Assembly (NCBI GenBank): GCA_002794465.1
Contig: MTSL01000142.1
Span: forward strand, 10,093-42,092
From: Paramicrosporidium saccamoebae KSL3
Taxonomy: Eukaryota; Fungi; Cryptomycota
Direction: 5' to 3'
Length of the DNA: 32,000 nt
Of the stretch, positions 7,666 through 18,261 are shown piece by piece (the stretch's first letter is position 1; every line of letters begins with the position of its first letter). A model generated the notes under the pieces. That model worked only from the letters and a program-made list of their open reading frames with translations. It was not told the DNA's origin and did no database searches. The translations under genes were made by a program, and so were the position numbers.

Positions 7666-7885
7666 ATAGTGGCTCTTACTTGCCAATAAACGCCCACTAG
7701 CCATCCCTAGGAGTGTAAAGCGAAGAATGTGGAGAGGGGTTCGATGGTAATTTTTTGATCCGATCACGGGTTGATGTTAAGTAAACTTCCCTCCGTCTTA
7801 TCCAAAGAATGCATCCTCGGTTATGCCTTCACTGCGCAACAGATGACAAAAGATTTTGAGCACACACTCTAGACTACAGCACGCA

Positions 7886-8758
7886 TTAGATTGCAACTTG
7901 CTTGCTTGTCACCAAATAATCAGCAGTCTTGCCAAGCTCACTTAATAATGAGTCGTAGTATTTTCGATACAGTTCGCTGTCGATATCGACTGGCTGATCT
8001 GACCTCATGAGCCAAACATGGCACAGCTCGAGATTACCAATAAGCGAGTCTCTCAAAAAAACGGGACAATTGGGTTGAAGAATAATTTTGTTACAGGCCG
8101 AGGCAATATGCTGTTTCGCCTTGAGATTAGATGTCGTCATTAGGGCTTGACCAAGTCGAAGACAGAGCTTGGACCAGCTGATATGCTCCAATTCAAAGGT
8201 AACAACCTCGCTCATGGCATCTGCAAGTGTCCACAGAACCTTTCCGGGGAGATCAGATCTCTTCAGAATCATATCTGCTAGGCTAGTAAAACAATCAAGA
8301 CGCTCGGCTGGCAATTTCGCACTCAGGCGGGTCAGAGCAGGTAGCAATTCAAACCTCACACTGCCTCCAATCCTCATAATGCGATCTACTACAGTTTCGA
8401 GAAAGTCGATCATCTGAGGGGATGAACAGTCCTCCTTGGTCGCCATCTCCGCGAGCACCCAAAGTACTTTTTCAAGAACCTCCACATTCATTTCCGCCAG
8501 TGAGATTCCAAGAACTGCACGGACAACATCTCCTTTGATATATTCTCCAAGTTTACTCCATACTTGAAACATTATTTGCAATGCAGACAAACAAAACGCC
8601 CTCTCTCCAACCAGATTGGCCATCCTCCCCAACCACCTCACCGAATCCCTCCAATAATCCACATCCTGCACTCCCCCCGCCAGGACCGACAGTGCCTCTC
8701 TGATAGTCTCCAATCCCTTTTGATATCCATCCATTTTGGCGGGCTTCACCCTGGCCAT
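7886..8758 (-). CDS. Hypothetical all-alpha (HEAT/ARM-like) protein
   Basis: 290-aa ORF with Leu-rich amphipathic helices. No family recognised. The start could be 8758 or 8734. Confidence 0.6.
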   Translation of the reverse strand: MARVKPAKMDGYQKGLETIREALSVLAGGVQDVDYWRDSVRWLGRMANLVGERAFCLSALQIMFQVWSKLGEYIKGDVVRAVLGISLAEMNVEVLEKVLWVLAEMATKEDCSSPQMIDFLETVVDRIMRIGGSVRFELLPALTRLSAKLPAERLDCFTSLADMILKRSDLPGKVLWTLADAMSEVVTFELEHISWSKLCLRLGQALMTTSNLKAKQHIASACNKIILQPNCPVFLRDSLIGNLELCHVWLMRSDQPVDIDSELYRKYYDSLLSELGKTADYLVTSKQVAI

Positions 8759-8760
8759 TC

Positions 8761-9106
8761 ATGCAACCCGAGGTGGACCCAGCTATCGCGGCAGTGCCCG
8801 TGGTGAAGGAAGAGGCTCGAGTGCAAATTAAGAATGTGGATATGCCAGAGGAGATGCAGCAGCGGGCTGTGGAGCTAGCAAAGGAAGCCGTACAGCCAAA
8901 TGCCAGCCCCAGAGAGATTGCAGGAACCATCAAGCGCGAGTTTGATAAAATTTACGGCCCTGCCTGGCATTGCATTGTAGGCAAGGCCTTTGGTAGCTTT
9001 GTTACCCACGGTACACGGTCTGGGTTATCCTGAGTTTATAGAATCGCACTGCTTTATATTTTTCTACCTCGATAACTGGGCCATCATGTTGTTCAAGACT
9101 GCTTAA
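8761..9106 (+). CDS. DYN2: Dynein light chain LC8 (2 exons)
   Basis: IKNVDMPEEMQQ, IKREFDKIYGPAWHCIVGKAFGSFVTH + 31-nt intron (9011-9041) + ESHCFIFFYLDNWAIMLFKTA*. Confidence 0.93.
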
Positions 9107-9553
9107 TTATTAACTGTGGGGGTTTGTAGTAAAGATCCTTTATTGAGGGTTTTGATCCATTACATATTGTGACGTTAGTAATTATTGCGTGATGAACCAA
9201 TTTGCGTCCAGGAGATGATAATCTATAGTGAAAGTATGACCGGATGAAATAATTTACCATATAAAACACGATCTATATTGAATAAAAGCTCTCGCTAGGC
9301 GGATGCGACGGCAGGTAAAAGAGCCCTCCCGTCATACCTGGTCCATAGTTGTACTATTTCAGTAATAAAAATCTTTATATGTAAACCATGGATACGATAA
9401 ATGGTGATACGTGATGGCATGTGATTATTAACTCATTATCTCACAACAAGGCATGATATACTCTCATATTATCGCATCCCCACAGTCTCACACACTCACG
9501 CTGCATTTCCAATGTTTATTCATCTTATTGATACGTTTATATTATAAGCGCGC

Positions 9554-11145
9554 TCACCGCAGTAAACCCTCACGCCTGGCTTGCATGATTGCGGCGGATC
9601 GGATGGCTGACAGGATAAAGTATGTCATCATCAGCGCCAAAAACACATGCCAAACAGTACTAATCTTGTCCATTATCGGATCAGGCCGACGTTCTTGGAA
9701 TACAGCACGTTGGGTCAAGAGCCAGTCATGGAATGCATGTCCCCACGAAGGGAGGCGCGTTTTGACAAGAGTGATTGCTTGTTCCAGGTAATCTCGCGAA
9801 AATAGAAAAATGACAAACGACGTCTACAGATCAGTCATGATAGCAGGGCTGTACTTGAATTCCCGCCTTGATAATGGCCTTTCCGAGAATTGTGGCCAAG
9901 GCAAATGTGCAGAATGGAATCATGTAATATCCACAGGTAATTCCGGTCAAATCGAAAAATGGATTCGGAATCTACAAAATTCAGAGCACAAAAAGATGTA
10001 CCGATGCGCAGAGGAGGATACCAAAAAATCCAAGCCGAGTAACAGTCTGATACGAGGCCAACTGCAATGTCTCGAATAGCGTCTTTTTTCCCTTCTTCTT
10101 CGTGATTCTCTCGACAGTCTGCATCTCTCCACTTGCTTTTCCTGCCAGTGCAGCTAAAAGTTAGCCAGCCAGCGTAATAGTACATGCACGAGCAACAAGA
10201 TAAGGTGGGAGTTCGCCGATAGCAGTACCAAGCCCCCACGCAAAAGCCTCCCATTTAATCTTGTTTAGAATTGTCAAAAGAGTGACGTTGAGCTCTTCAG
10301 ACGGCTCGGTGGGACAGAGAAGACTATTGAGGCCGTACAGAGGGAAATCGGTCGATTTGCAAATATATGCAGCAGTAGTGACGCGAGCAATGAAGGGGCC
10401 GAGGAAGAGGAGGAATGTGTGTGCTCCGGTGCCAAGTCCTACCGAAGAGAGGATCCCCAGGACTACCCAGCGACCATACCACATGACTGCCTCTCGTACT
10501 GGTGCCAAATACGCCTGTTGAGGTCCGTCGAACAGGAATAGGGTGATAACGAGGAAAATGCAAACGACCACATTGGCCATAATGAGGGGCGAGTTGCGGG
10601 CCATGCCAGCTCCATCTTTTCCTAACGATACAGCGCATCTAAGTGCCAACATAATGGTCGTAATCGGGCTAGTCATGAATCCAATGTCCTCCGAGGTCAT
10701 TTGGGACGATGTCTTGCTCAGAGGCTGTTCTTTATGCTTAACTGGCGTCTTGGAGGGAGTTTTCCTTCGACCCGGGGAGACACTCAGTCCCTTGGGATTC
10801 TCCACAAACGGATTTGCCGCTGACTGAGCCTCCTGAAGACGCTGCACTAACGCTCCTTTGTTCCCGACCGGCGACATGCCCAGACTCGCAAGCTCATCCT
10901 TTAATTGGTTGACGCTCATCTTGGCGGGGCTCTCCGAACGTACAATAGTAGGTGGAGATGATCTACAAGTCAGTCACCCGAGGCACGTGCTACCGAGGAA
11001 ATGCTGGAAGCTCGGCCTCTTCCAAGCGCGCAATTAGCTCACTCTTCTTCCCCATAGGGGAGAGATTGCGATTACGAAGCTCGTCTTTGAGCTTGGTGAC
11101 GGTCCATGCGCCCATTTGGTATTGTGATTGAGGTGTTCCAGACAT
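9554..11145 (-). CDS. VMP1: VMP1 (vacuole membrane protein 1, DedA-type ER scramblase) with two N-terminal SAP domains (5 exons)
   Basis: VMP1 motifs [35 protein letters not shown] and [24 protein letters not shown] join across 30-31 nt introns. A 31-nt intron joins the upstream SAP exon ([28 protein letters not shown]) in frame to a second SAP ([28 protein letters not shown]). Confidence 0.88.
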
Positions 11146-11353
11146 TTCTGGTGGATTCAAAACGACGAAAAATGTGAGGCTTGTCTCACTACCTGAACGA
11201 GGTCCAATACCCCAGTTGGCGCCATATAAGGAGTGTATCCGATTGGCCGGCAAAGGAAGGTGGAGGACGGTGAAATGTATAGAGTAAATCAATGCACAAC
11301 TGCGTAGCGAGGGCCTGGTATTAGTGCTGTGTGGTGTTTCTACGACCTTTTTT

Positions 11354-11435
11354 AACGAGAGCTATTCTGGCTAAACTACATACTCTAAACAAGAGCTGCT
11401 TTGGTCGACGTCTATACTCTAAACGAGAGTTGCTT
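11354..11435. repeat. Three degenerate copies of a 34-bp-period repeat upstream of the SAP-VMP1 gene
   Basis: The AAC(G/A)AGAG core recurs at 11354, 11388 and 11422. Copies 2 and 3 share 20 of 22 nt (ATACTCTAAACRAGAGYTGCTT). Confidence 0.7.
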
Positions 11436-11639
11436 ATTGGACTACTGACCCTCATCGGATTATCCTTTCAAAGGGGGTCGCACATATGGCTGGCTGGCTC
11501 ATCACGAGCTACTAGTCATCAAAATTACCCTGTAGTCGTCTGTGGTATGCATATCTCATGTATAGACCTTTGTCAACCCGGATTTTTTATTGTTGGTCCT
11601 GTTAGGACTTTTATTGCGCGTTAATTTGTCATGCAAGGT

Positions 11640-12119
11640 TCAGTGTGGGAGGCCTTGTTGTTCCATTTTCCAAGCTCTCACATGGAGAAGCGCATCTGAT
11701 TCCATCGGGACGAAGTAAGGTACTGCACACACGATGGACATGAGTGCGAGACGAAAATCTTCCCGCATGTAACCGAGTCCTAATCCTCCCAACGCTAGGA
11801 TTACACCAGTGATCCTATTAAACAGATTCGATGCCAAAGGTGTGAGGCTTAGGACCATCATGATAGTACCCACTGCAAAGAAAGCATCACATGCGATGTA
11901 CTGGAGCAGCACACGCCACAAGTATGATAAAAGTCTTGGATCCTTTTCAACTAGCGGTGCCATGTGCTCGCTATAAGCTTCATAACTGTCGAAAAAGTGA
12001 AATGCCGATATGACAATACGACACAAGATTATCAAGCCCAAAGCAACAGTACCGGCAGTGTGGCGCACTTTGGTTTTGGTAGGGGCATTGCTATGATGAT
12101 GAAAGACGGCCGGCTGCAT
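11640..12119 (-). CDS. Hypothetical small multi-pass membrane protein
   Basis: 159-aa ATG-initiated ORF with about four hydrophobic segments. No family recognised. Confidence 0.6.
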   Translation of the reverse strand: MQPAVFHHHSNAPTKTKVRHTAGTVALGLIILCRIVISAFHFFDSYEAYSEHMAPLVEKDPRLLSYLWRVLLQYIACDAFFAVGTIMMVLSLTPLASNLFNRITGVILALGGLGLGYMREDFRLALMSIVCAVPYFVPMESDALLHVRAWKMEQQGLPH

Positions 12120-12754
12120 GCTTGTAACGTCGGCTCTTTTTGTTGCCCTGGCCGTTATTATTCTGTAAACGTTATCTCTCTAAGTTGATTGGTCGCCTTG
12201 GTAAATATCTCAAACAACAATCCAGGGCCACATTAGTGGCCAGTGATACATAATGTCACTTTGTTGTATAAAAGACGGATAACGCTCAATAAATTAAGCT
12301 CTTGTGCGGAGCATCCGATAGTGAGGCCCTGAACATAGGGGCTGTACAACCACATCGCAGTCGACAACCTGATCAATCCATCTCTCATCATCGAAATCGC
12401 GCCAGAGATGACCCGATCAACTCGATAGTGCCACTCCTGGGCGTCGCCAAAAAAGATAATACCAGCATTGGAAGTAGTTGTTTTAAGCTCGATAACGATA
12501 GATTCCATTGTTTTCATTGATCGGTCTGCATGTTTTCTTACTGGGTCCGGAGCATGAAAGTTGACTCCCTAAAACCCACGCAGCAAACAGTCTTGATGAT
12601 CTGGACTACACCGGTAAATCTCTACAGCATATATTATCTATATATGATACTACAAACAAGCCTTTTTACTTTCGCTTCTGCTCCATATTTTTATCACAGA
12701 AATATAGTCAGTGGCCCCGCACTCGCCTATTAATTCCCGACAGGGGGTCTCTAC

Positions 12755-13820
12755 ATGGAAATGACAGTGGACGTAGAGAGCAAAATCCTCAAGCAGGTCG
12801 AGTTTTACTTTGGAGACGCTAACCTCCCCCGTGACAAGTTTATGCTGGAGCGCGTCCAGGAGAATGAGGGTGGATGTATGTGTTGATACAAGTTGCTCAT
12901 ATATAGGGGTTCCCCTTGACACCATTGCCACTTTTGGCCGTATGAAGCAGCTTAGTGAGGATTTTGAGCTCATCAAGGCGTCTCTTGAGAAGGAGAGCGA
13001 TCTTATTGAGCTCAACGAGGACAAGACTCTTGTGCGCCGCAAAGTGCCAATGCCAGAATCCCGCGAAACTCTCGGATGCACTGTCTATGTAAAGGGCTTC
13101 CCCCAGACCGCCACTCTTGACGAGCTTGAAGAGTTCTTCTCTCAGCATTCAGAGCACGTCCAGGCCATTCGTTTCCGCCGCTTCCCCAAGGATCGTGTCT
13201 TTAAGGGATCCGTCTTTGTGGAATTCACCACTGAGGAAGAGGCCACTCGTTTTGCCGGCCTGTCTCTCTCTTACAATGAGACGCCGTTGGTGATCAAGTC
13301 CAAAATGGCCTACTTTGAGGAGAAGAATGCGGAAAAGACGCAGAAAAGCCAGGCGATGGACACTCAACTTTTGGAAAAGATGGGCCGTGGTCGTCTCTTG
13401 AAGATTTCCGACTTTCCCTCCGAGGGCATCACCCATGAGAACCTCAAGGAGACCCTTAAGGAATCCTTCCCAGTCGCCTATGTCGACTTTAACTATGAGT
13501 CGGGCTGTGCCTGGATCCGTTTCCGGGAACCTGTCGCCGAAAAGTTTGTTGAAGAGTACAAGGAGAAAGCTTTGGAAATTGGTGAACACAAGCTGTCCTC
13601 TTTCCATGTGGCCACGGAAGAAGAGCAAAGCAACTACTACAAGGTTTCCATGAAGCCCCGCAAGCCTGAAGGCGGCCGTGGAGGGCAGCGTGGCCGTGGA
13701 GGTCGTGGAGGCCGTGGCGGGCGCAGTGACCGTAGTTCTAGCAAGCGCTCCGCTGATGAACCTGCTGAAGATGCTGAAGCCGAGGTGAAAAAAGCCAAGG
13801 AAGATGAGGCTGACAATTAA
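12755..13820 (+). CDS. LHP1: La protein (La motif + RRM + second RRM-like region + RGG tail; 2 exons)
   Basis: KQVEFYFGDANLPRDKFM + 31-nt intron (12876-12906) + WVPLDTIATFGRMK. RRM motifs VYVKGF and FKGSVFVEF. The C-terminus is RGG-rich and basic. Confidence 0.95.
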
Positions 13821-14149
13821 AGGTAGTTGCAATAAAAGTGACTTAAAGATATATTAATATTGGGAATGAATATAGTAGAAGAGCATGACGACAGATCAGG
13901 TCCCCCTACCAGACAGTTTCTGCTTGTTACTATTGGCGATTCAATCCCTAATGACACTATATACGTTGATAATGGCACTACATGCGCTAATAATGACGCT
14001 GCATACGTTTCTAAAGACATCTTTTTTATTCACCAACACCCCCAATCAAGAGTGCCTGTTATAAACCCAAGCTTCATACCCTCTCACCTGTCAATTCCAT
14101 GTCCACTTTACAAGTGCGGCCAGGGTAGTAAACTTTAGTGTTGAGTCTC

Positions 14150-15812
14150 ATGAGTGAATCTTCCGAGTCACTACTATATAAACGTGCGCGGCATTTGCCA
14201 GACATTGCCGAGCCTTCCTCTTCCAATCTGGATGTTGACGCTCTAGTTGACGAGGTCCTCCGTGAGGATGTAGAGGGGTTTGAAATACGCAGCACTCCCC
14301 TAGGGGAGACTACTGCTAGCTCGGATGACGGCAGTTTTGATTCCTTTGGTAGTGAGTCAGAGGCTGTTTTGGGGGCTGATGATGAAGATGTTTGCATAAT
14401 TGTCTCAGAAGACGAGATGGGGTCTAACCAATCCACAGCTACAACTACGACTACAGAAACAGAGACAGAACTGAGGTTGGCCGAATCCCCACTCATTATA
14501 TCGGATTCGGAAGTTGAGATCCCCAATATAGAATTGACAGATATTATTCAGGAGATAATGACGTACGGACCAAACCTTTTTGTGACCCGCCAGATGGAGA
14601 AGCAAATGTCTCCGGATATGCTGATGGAGTCCTTTGGGCACCCTATGCCTATAGGCATGATCCATGCAGATTTCGTAGGAAAATGGAACTTTGTGCGTAG
14701 ATTCCTCCTTAAATATGTGTATGAGCGGCCTCGGCTGGGTGTCTCCTCAGTGGATGATGCGGTAAAACTTGTTCGTTCGGCGAAACGGATCCTAGTACTG
14801 ACGGGTGCGGGCATTTCCGTCAGTTGTGGTATTCCAGATTTTCGTTCCGAGAATGGTCTCTATGCGCAAATACAGGAGAAATATTCTCTGCCAGAGCCAG
14901 AGTGTATGTTTGACATTGAGTACTTTCGCATAGACCCTGAGCCGTTTTATTCCTTTGCAAAGGTACAAATTTGACGGCTGCATAATGGCTTAGGAGTTGT
15001 TGCCCAGAGAAGAATTTAAGCCATCATTCAGTCACCATTTTATTCGGCATCTGGAACAGAGTGGCAAATTATTGCGCCAGTTTACCCAAAATATTGATAC
15101 CTTGGAGGCTACCACTGGGATTGATCGTGTCGTCTATTGTCATGGTAAACAATATCAGTCCATCTCATCTATAGGCTCATTTGCATCGGCGTCCTGTTTG
15201 GACTGTAGCAAGACAATTGACGTTGGGCAGTTAAGATTGGCAATGGACAAGGACTCGATCCCCACGTGTAGGAAATGCGGTGGGATTGTTAAACCCGACA
15301 TTGTGTTCTTCGGAGAGTCACTACCAAAAGCTTTTGATGATCACATTGCTACTGATTGTAATGAGGCAGATTTAGTCTTGGTGATGGGATCATCTCTAAA
15401 GGTCCATCCTGTCTCTTCAATTCCAGGTAATATCGCATTTGGCCCTACTTGACTTTTTCCAGATCTCATTCCGCCATATGTTCCCCAGATATTAATCAAC
15501 AGAGAGTCCCTGGATCATAATTTTGATATTGAGCTGTTGGGAGACTGCGACATTATCCTGGCGGAGCTGTTCCGGCGATTACAATGGACCATAGATGACG
15601 AGACCATATTGGAGAGGTTTACCCCTCTTCTTGAGACTACGACCAATTGTCGGTTTATCGAACCAAATTATCACATTTTCCCTGGCTCCAAGGTCGGAGC
15701 GGAGCCTGACGAGCCTCCTAGAGCTGCACCGGGTAGTCCCGCCAGCTCTGAAGGACTTGTTGGCCAAGATGAGGGGGATGATTTGCTTGCTATGGAGATG
15801 GCATTTGTTTAG
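14150..15812 (+). CDS. SIR2: Class I sirtuin NAD-dependent deacetylase (4 exons)
   Basis: [26 protein letters not shown], zinc-site CxxC...Cxx[18 protein letters not shown] and QILINRE. Introns of 31 (14963-14993), 30 and 36 nt. Confidence 0.95.
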
Positions 15813-16141
15813 TTGTGAGGTGTTGTGATTGCAAATCATGCTGCTGTCAAGGTAAGTTTACTAATCTTCTTGTAGTATGTTGTTGTAAAGAGTTCTGGCC
15901 ATCTTTGAATAAATTTAGCCACATTATGAAAGAGCATTCAACCGACCAGGGGCGATTAAAAAGAGACCAGCAGTCTATTGCGATCTATCTTAGCGTACGA
16001 AAAAGGGCGCGTGAATAAGTGCTTAGTATTTGTGAGATGGCATAATTACGGACTCGGATATCGATAAAGAGTCTACTCACAACCTCGCAATATTATATAT
16101 TTTTATTACGAACCAGGGACAATGGGTCTTTACTATAGACT

Positions 16142-17173
16142 TCATCTACGTCGTATTCCCTTTGCCATGTCACTTGAGCATTTCTGCGAGTGTCTCCACC
16201 ATTGTGGATTGCAACACTCTGTTTGTTTCTCTCCCAGAGGGACTTTTTGCAACACGACCCATTTATCGCATTGCCCACATCTCCCCTCGAATTGCTTTAT
16301 GACAGCCCCGTTGTGAGCGCAGAATTGCTTTTCGCGTGTCGCCAAGGGGGGCTCATAGGGTCTACCCGTGTTTGCTGAAATGCCATGGATGAAATTCATG
16401 TGATACCAATAGGCACTCTGTTTGATCTTTAACCAGACTCCTGGCTTGCAGATCTGGCAAAGCCCCTCCCGCGTCATACCGCTACCACGGACAATCCGCG
16501 GAGTATACATGTCCTCGGCGAAACGCTCGTTCCGTATTTCGTAAGACTTTAGATCAATCGAGTTGAACTCATCATTGGCCGGCGGCGGTCTCTTTCCGAG
16601 CGTCTTGCGCTTTACCGCCGAGTTTTGTGCTTTTGCGCTTGTTGGAATCATTAAATGTTCAACTGTAATGCCACTTGAGGAGTGATCGATTGCGGTACCA
16701 TTCTGAAACATTGAGTGTTCCATTGCAGCACTGCTGGATAATATCGATCGCTCAGCGATCAAGTCTTTAGCTGTTGAACGTTTCGTCGTAGTCATCGAGT
16801 TTTCGACTTCTTGCTCTAGCTGTTTGTCAATGGTCAAAAGTCCGTTCCCGAGGAACAGGTTGCTAAGATCCCTCAAGGCAACCCGTGCATTTGGAGGCGA
16901 GTCCGTTTGATATATTTCTTGCATCCCATCGTATTCATTCTCATGAAAGACAATGACAGGCTCCTCATCCCATATGCTCTCGTCAATGATGGGCTGCTTG
17001 TTGACACACGGCACAAATCCAAACTCTTCCAACAGCATCTCTGAAGTGGGACGGCTGGCGCCAAAGTACGCATCTTCGCCCTTCAACGGCGATGTATCCT
17101 CGCCATGCTTTCCGTGATCTGAATACTCGGCACCCACGCGTGCTCTCTTGTTAGACAAGCGGAACGGCAACAT
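16142..17173 (-). CDS. Putative transcription regulator with a fungal Rua1-C/DUF4451-like Cys/His domain
   Basis: DMYTPRIVRG..REGLCQIC..WLKIKQSAYWYHMNFIHGISANTGRP..GRCGQC..WWRHSQKC resembles that domain, recognised from memory. Confidence 0.7.
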   Translation of the reverse strand: MLPFRLSNKRARVGAEYSDHGKHGEDTSPLKGEDAYFGASRPTSEMLLEEFGFVPCVNKQPIIDESIWDEEPVIVFHENEYDGMQEIYQTDSPPNARVALRDLSNLFLGNGLLTIDKQLEQEVENSMTTTKRSTAKDLIAERSILSSSAAMEHSMFQNGTAIDHSSSGITVEHLMIPTSAKAQNSAVKRKTLGKRPPPANDEFNSIDLKSYEIRNERFAEDMYTPRIVRGSGMTREGLCQICKPGVWLKIKQSAYWYHMNFIHGISANTGRPYEPPLATREKQFCAHNGAVIKQFEGRCGQCDKWVVLQKVPLGEKQTECCNPQWWRHSQKCSSDMAKGIRRR

Positions 17174-17247
17174 ATCCCCCTACGGCCGCCATTCATGCTT
17201 TATAGCGCGCATTACCGAACAAGTTCCATATATGGCAAGTGTCTTTC

Positions 17248-18024
17248 ATGAGCTTAAGAGGGACGCACCTTCCGTTTTGGGATAGTACCATGAATAGACT
17301 GAGATTCATGCGGTACCAAAGCAAGAAGTGTGAAACGGCTGGAATGACTGGAATGGCTGGAATGACTGGAATGGATGCAATGAAGAGTCCTGAGCGGAAA
17401 AAGAACAGGCGTCGGATAGTGTTGAGGCCAAAGATGTCATATGTTGAGCTCATCCAGGAAGCAATCTCAAGTAGCAAAAGTGGCAAAATGATTCTTGGTG
17501 AAATATACGAGTATCTGTCACTCCGATATGAGTACTTTCGTCTGGCCGACAAAGGCTGGAAGGTATAGAGACAGCTGTTGCAATTGAATGTCTAGAATTC
17601 CGTGCGACACGCCCTTTCCGCATCCCGAAACTTTAGCCGGATTCCGGTTACATCCAATCGTCGGCGCTTTGAGTGGAAGCTCTCTGATGATTACTGTACG
17701 CCACGTCGCGGTCGGAACAACCAGTCCACTCCCGAGACTCTGGAGACAACAGAGCCAATGCCACACTATCCCCACAACTCTCCATGCCTCAAGTTTTTCA
17801 ATTACATACCAGCTGAAGACTTTGATCGTTCTTCCTTTACGCTATCCCAGAATTCGCACGTGTCTATCGGTGTGGAGACTGACCGCTACCATGGCTGGAT
17901 ACCGCTGCCCCGCGATCCCCTCTCAGACTGTACATTCTTACCTCCAATTGTAGTTCCCGAAAGCTCAGCGTTTGGGAGCCATCCGACCCTGTTCAACAGC
18001 TGGGCACCCAAGCCTTGGCCCTGA
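17248..18024 (+). CDS. Forkhead-box transcription factor (2 exons; start uncertain)
   Basis: RPKMSYVELIQEAI..GKMILGEIYEYL..YF..KGWK + 33-nt intron (17563-17595) + NSVRHALS..F.RIP..W. A 9-bp repeat near 17340-17375 encodes (T/A)GM units. Confidence 0.9.
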
Positions 18025-18261
18025 GAGTTGTGTTGTGGGATGCGAGGTTAAGATGACAAATAAAGCAGCTCTGTAAATAGTTTGAAAGATTTAGTTTTAA
18101 AAGCTGCTTTGGGAGTGAATTTATAGATCAAAATCCGCAGTTTACGGATCAAAGCATAACAGTCTTTACTATCACCAGTCTCCCCAGTCTACAAATCAAA
18201 ATCCCAGGCTTTAACCTTTATAGTTAAAAATATTTTTAAAGTATTACAAAATAACGTTGGC

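Noticed and set aside
7736-7746. GGTTCGA, a tRNA T-loop/B-box-like motif
   Set aside because: The T-stem cannot pair and no cloverleaf forms. I found no tRNA in the window.
7826-7850. CTGCGCAA..GATGACA resembling U6 snRNA (and U4 on the other strand)
   Set aside because: No ACAGAGA box or AGC triad upstream, and no U4 kink-turn or Sm site. Probably a chance match.
9453-10254. Separate small ORFs at 9453-9791, 9810-10079, 9835-10254 and 9947-10132
   Set aside because: They are explained as off-frame or antisense readings of the spliced VMP1 3' exons.
11354-11435. CRISPR-like repeat-spacer pattern
   Set aside because: The context is eukaryotic, there are only three degenerate units with about 12-nt spacers, and no cas genes. 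Kept only as a repeat.
12331-12346. ACATAGGGGCTGTA resembling RNase MRP CR-V
   Set aside because: No matching GAAAGTCCCC-type CR-I upstream to form P4.
13149-13832. Long antisense ORFs, e.g. 13149-13832, 6146-6715, 6919-7383, 2618-3217, 14074-14526
   Set aside because: They are shadows of codon-biased real genes on the opposite strand, with no recognisable motifs.
15845-15860. ACTTACCT on the minus strand, like the U1 snRNA 5' end
   Set aside because: It is just the complement of a perfect plus-strand donor. No U1 stem-loop I or Sm site follows.
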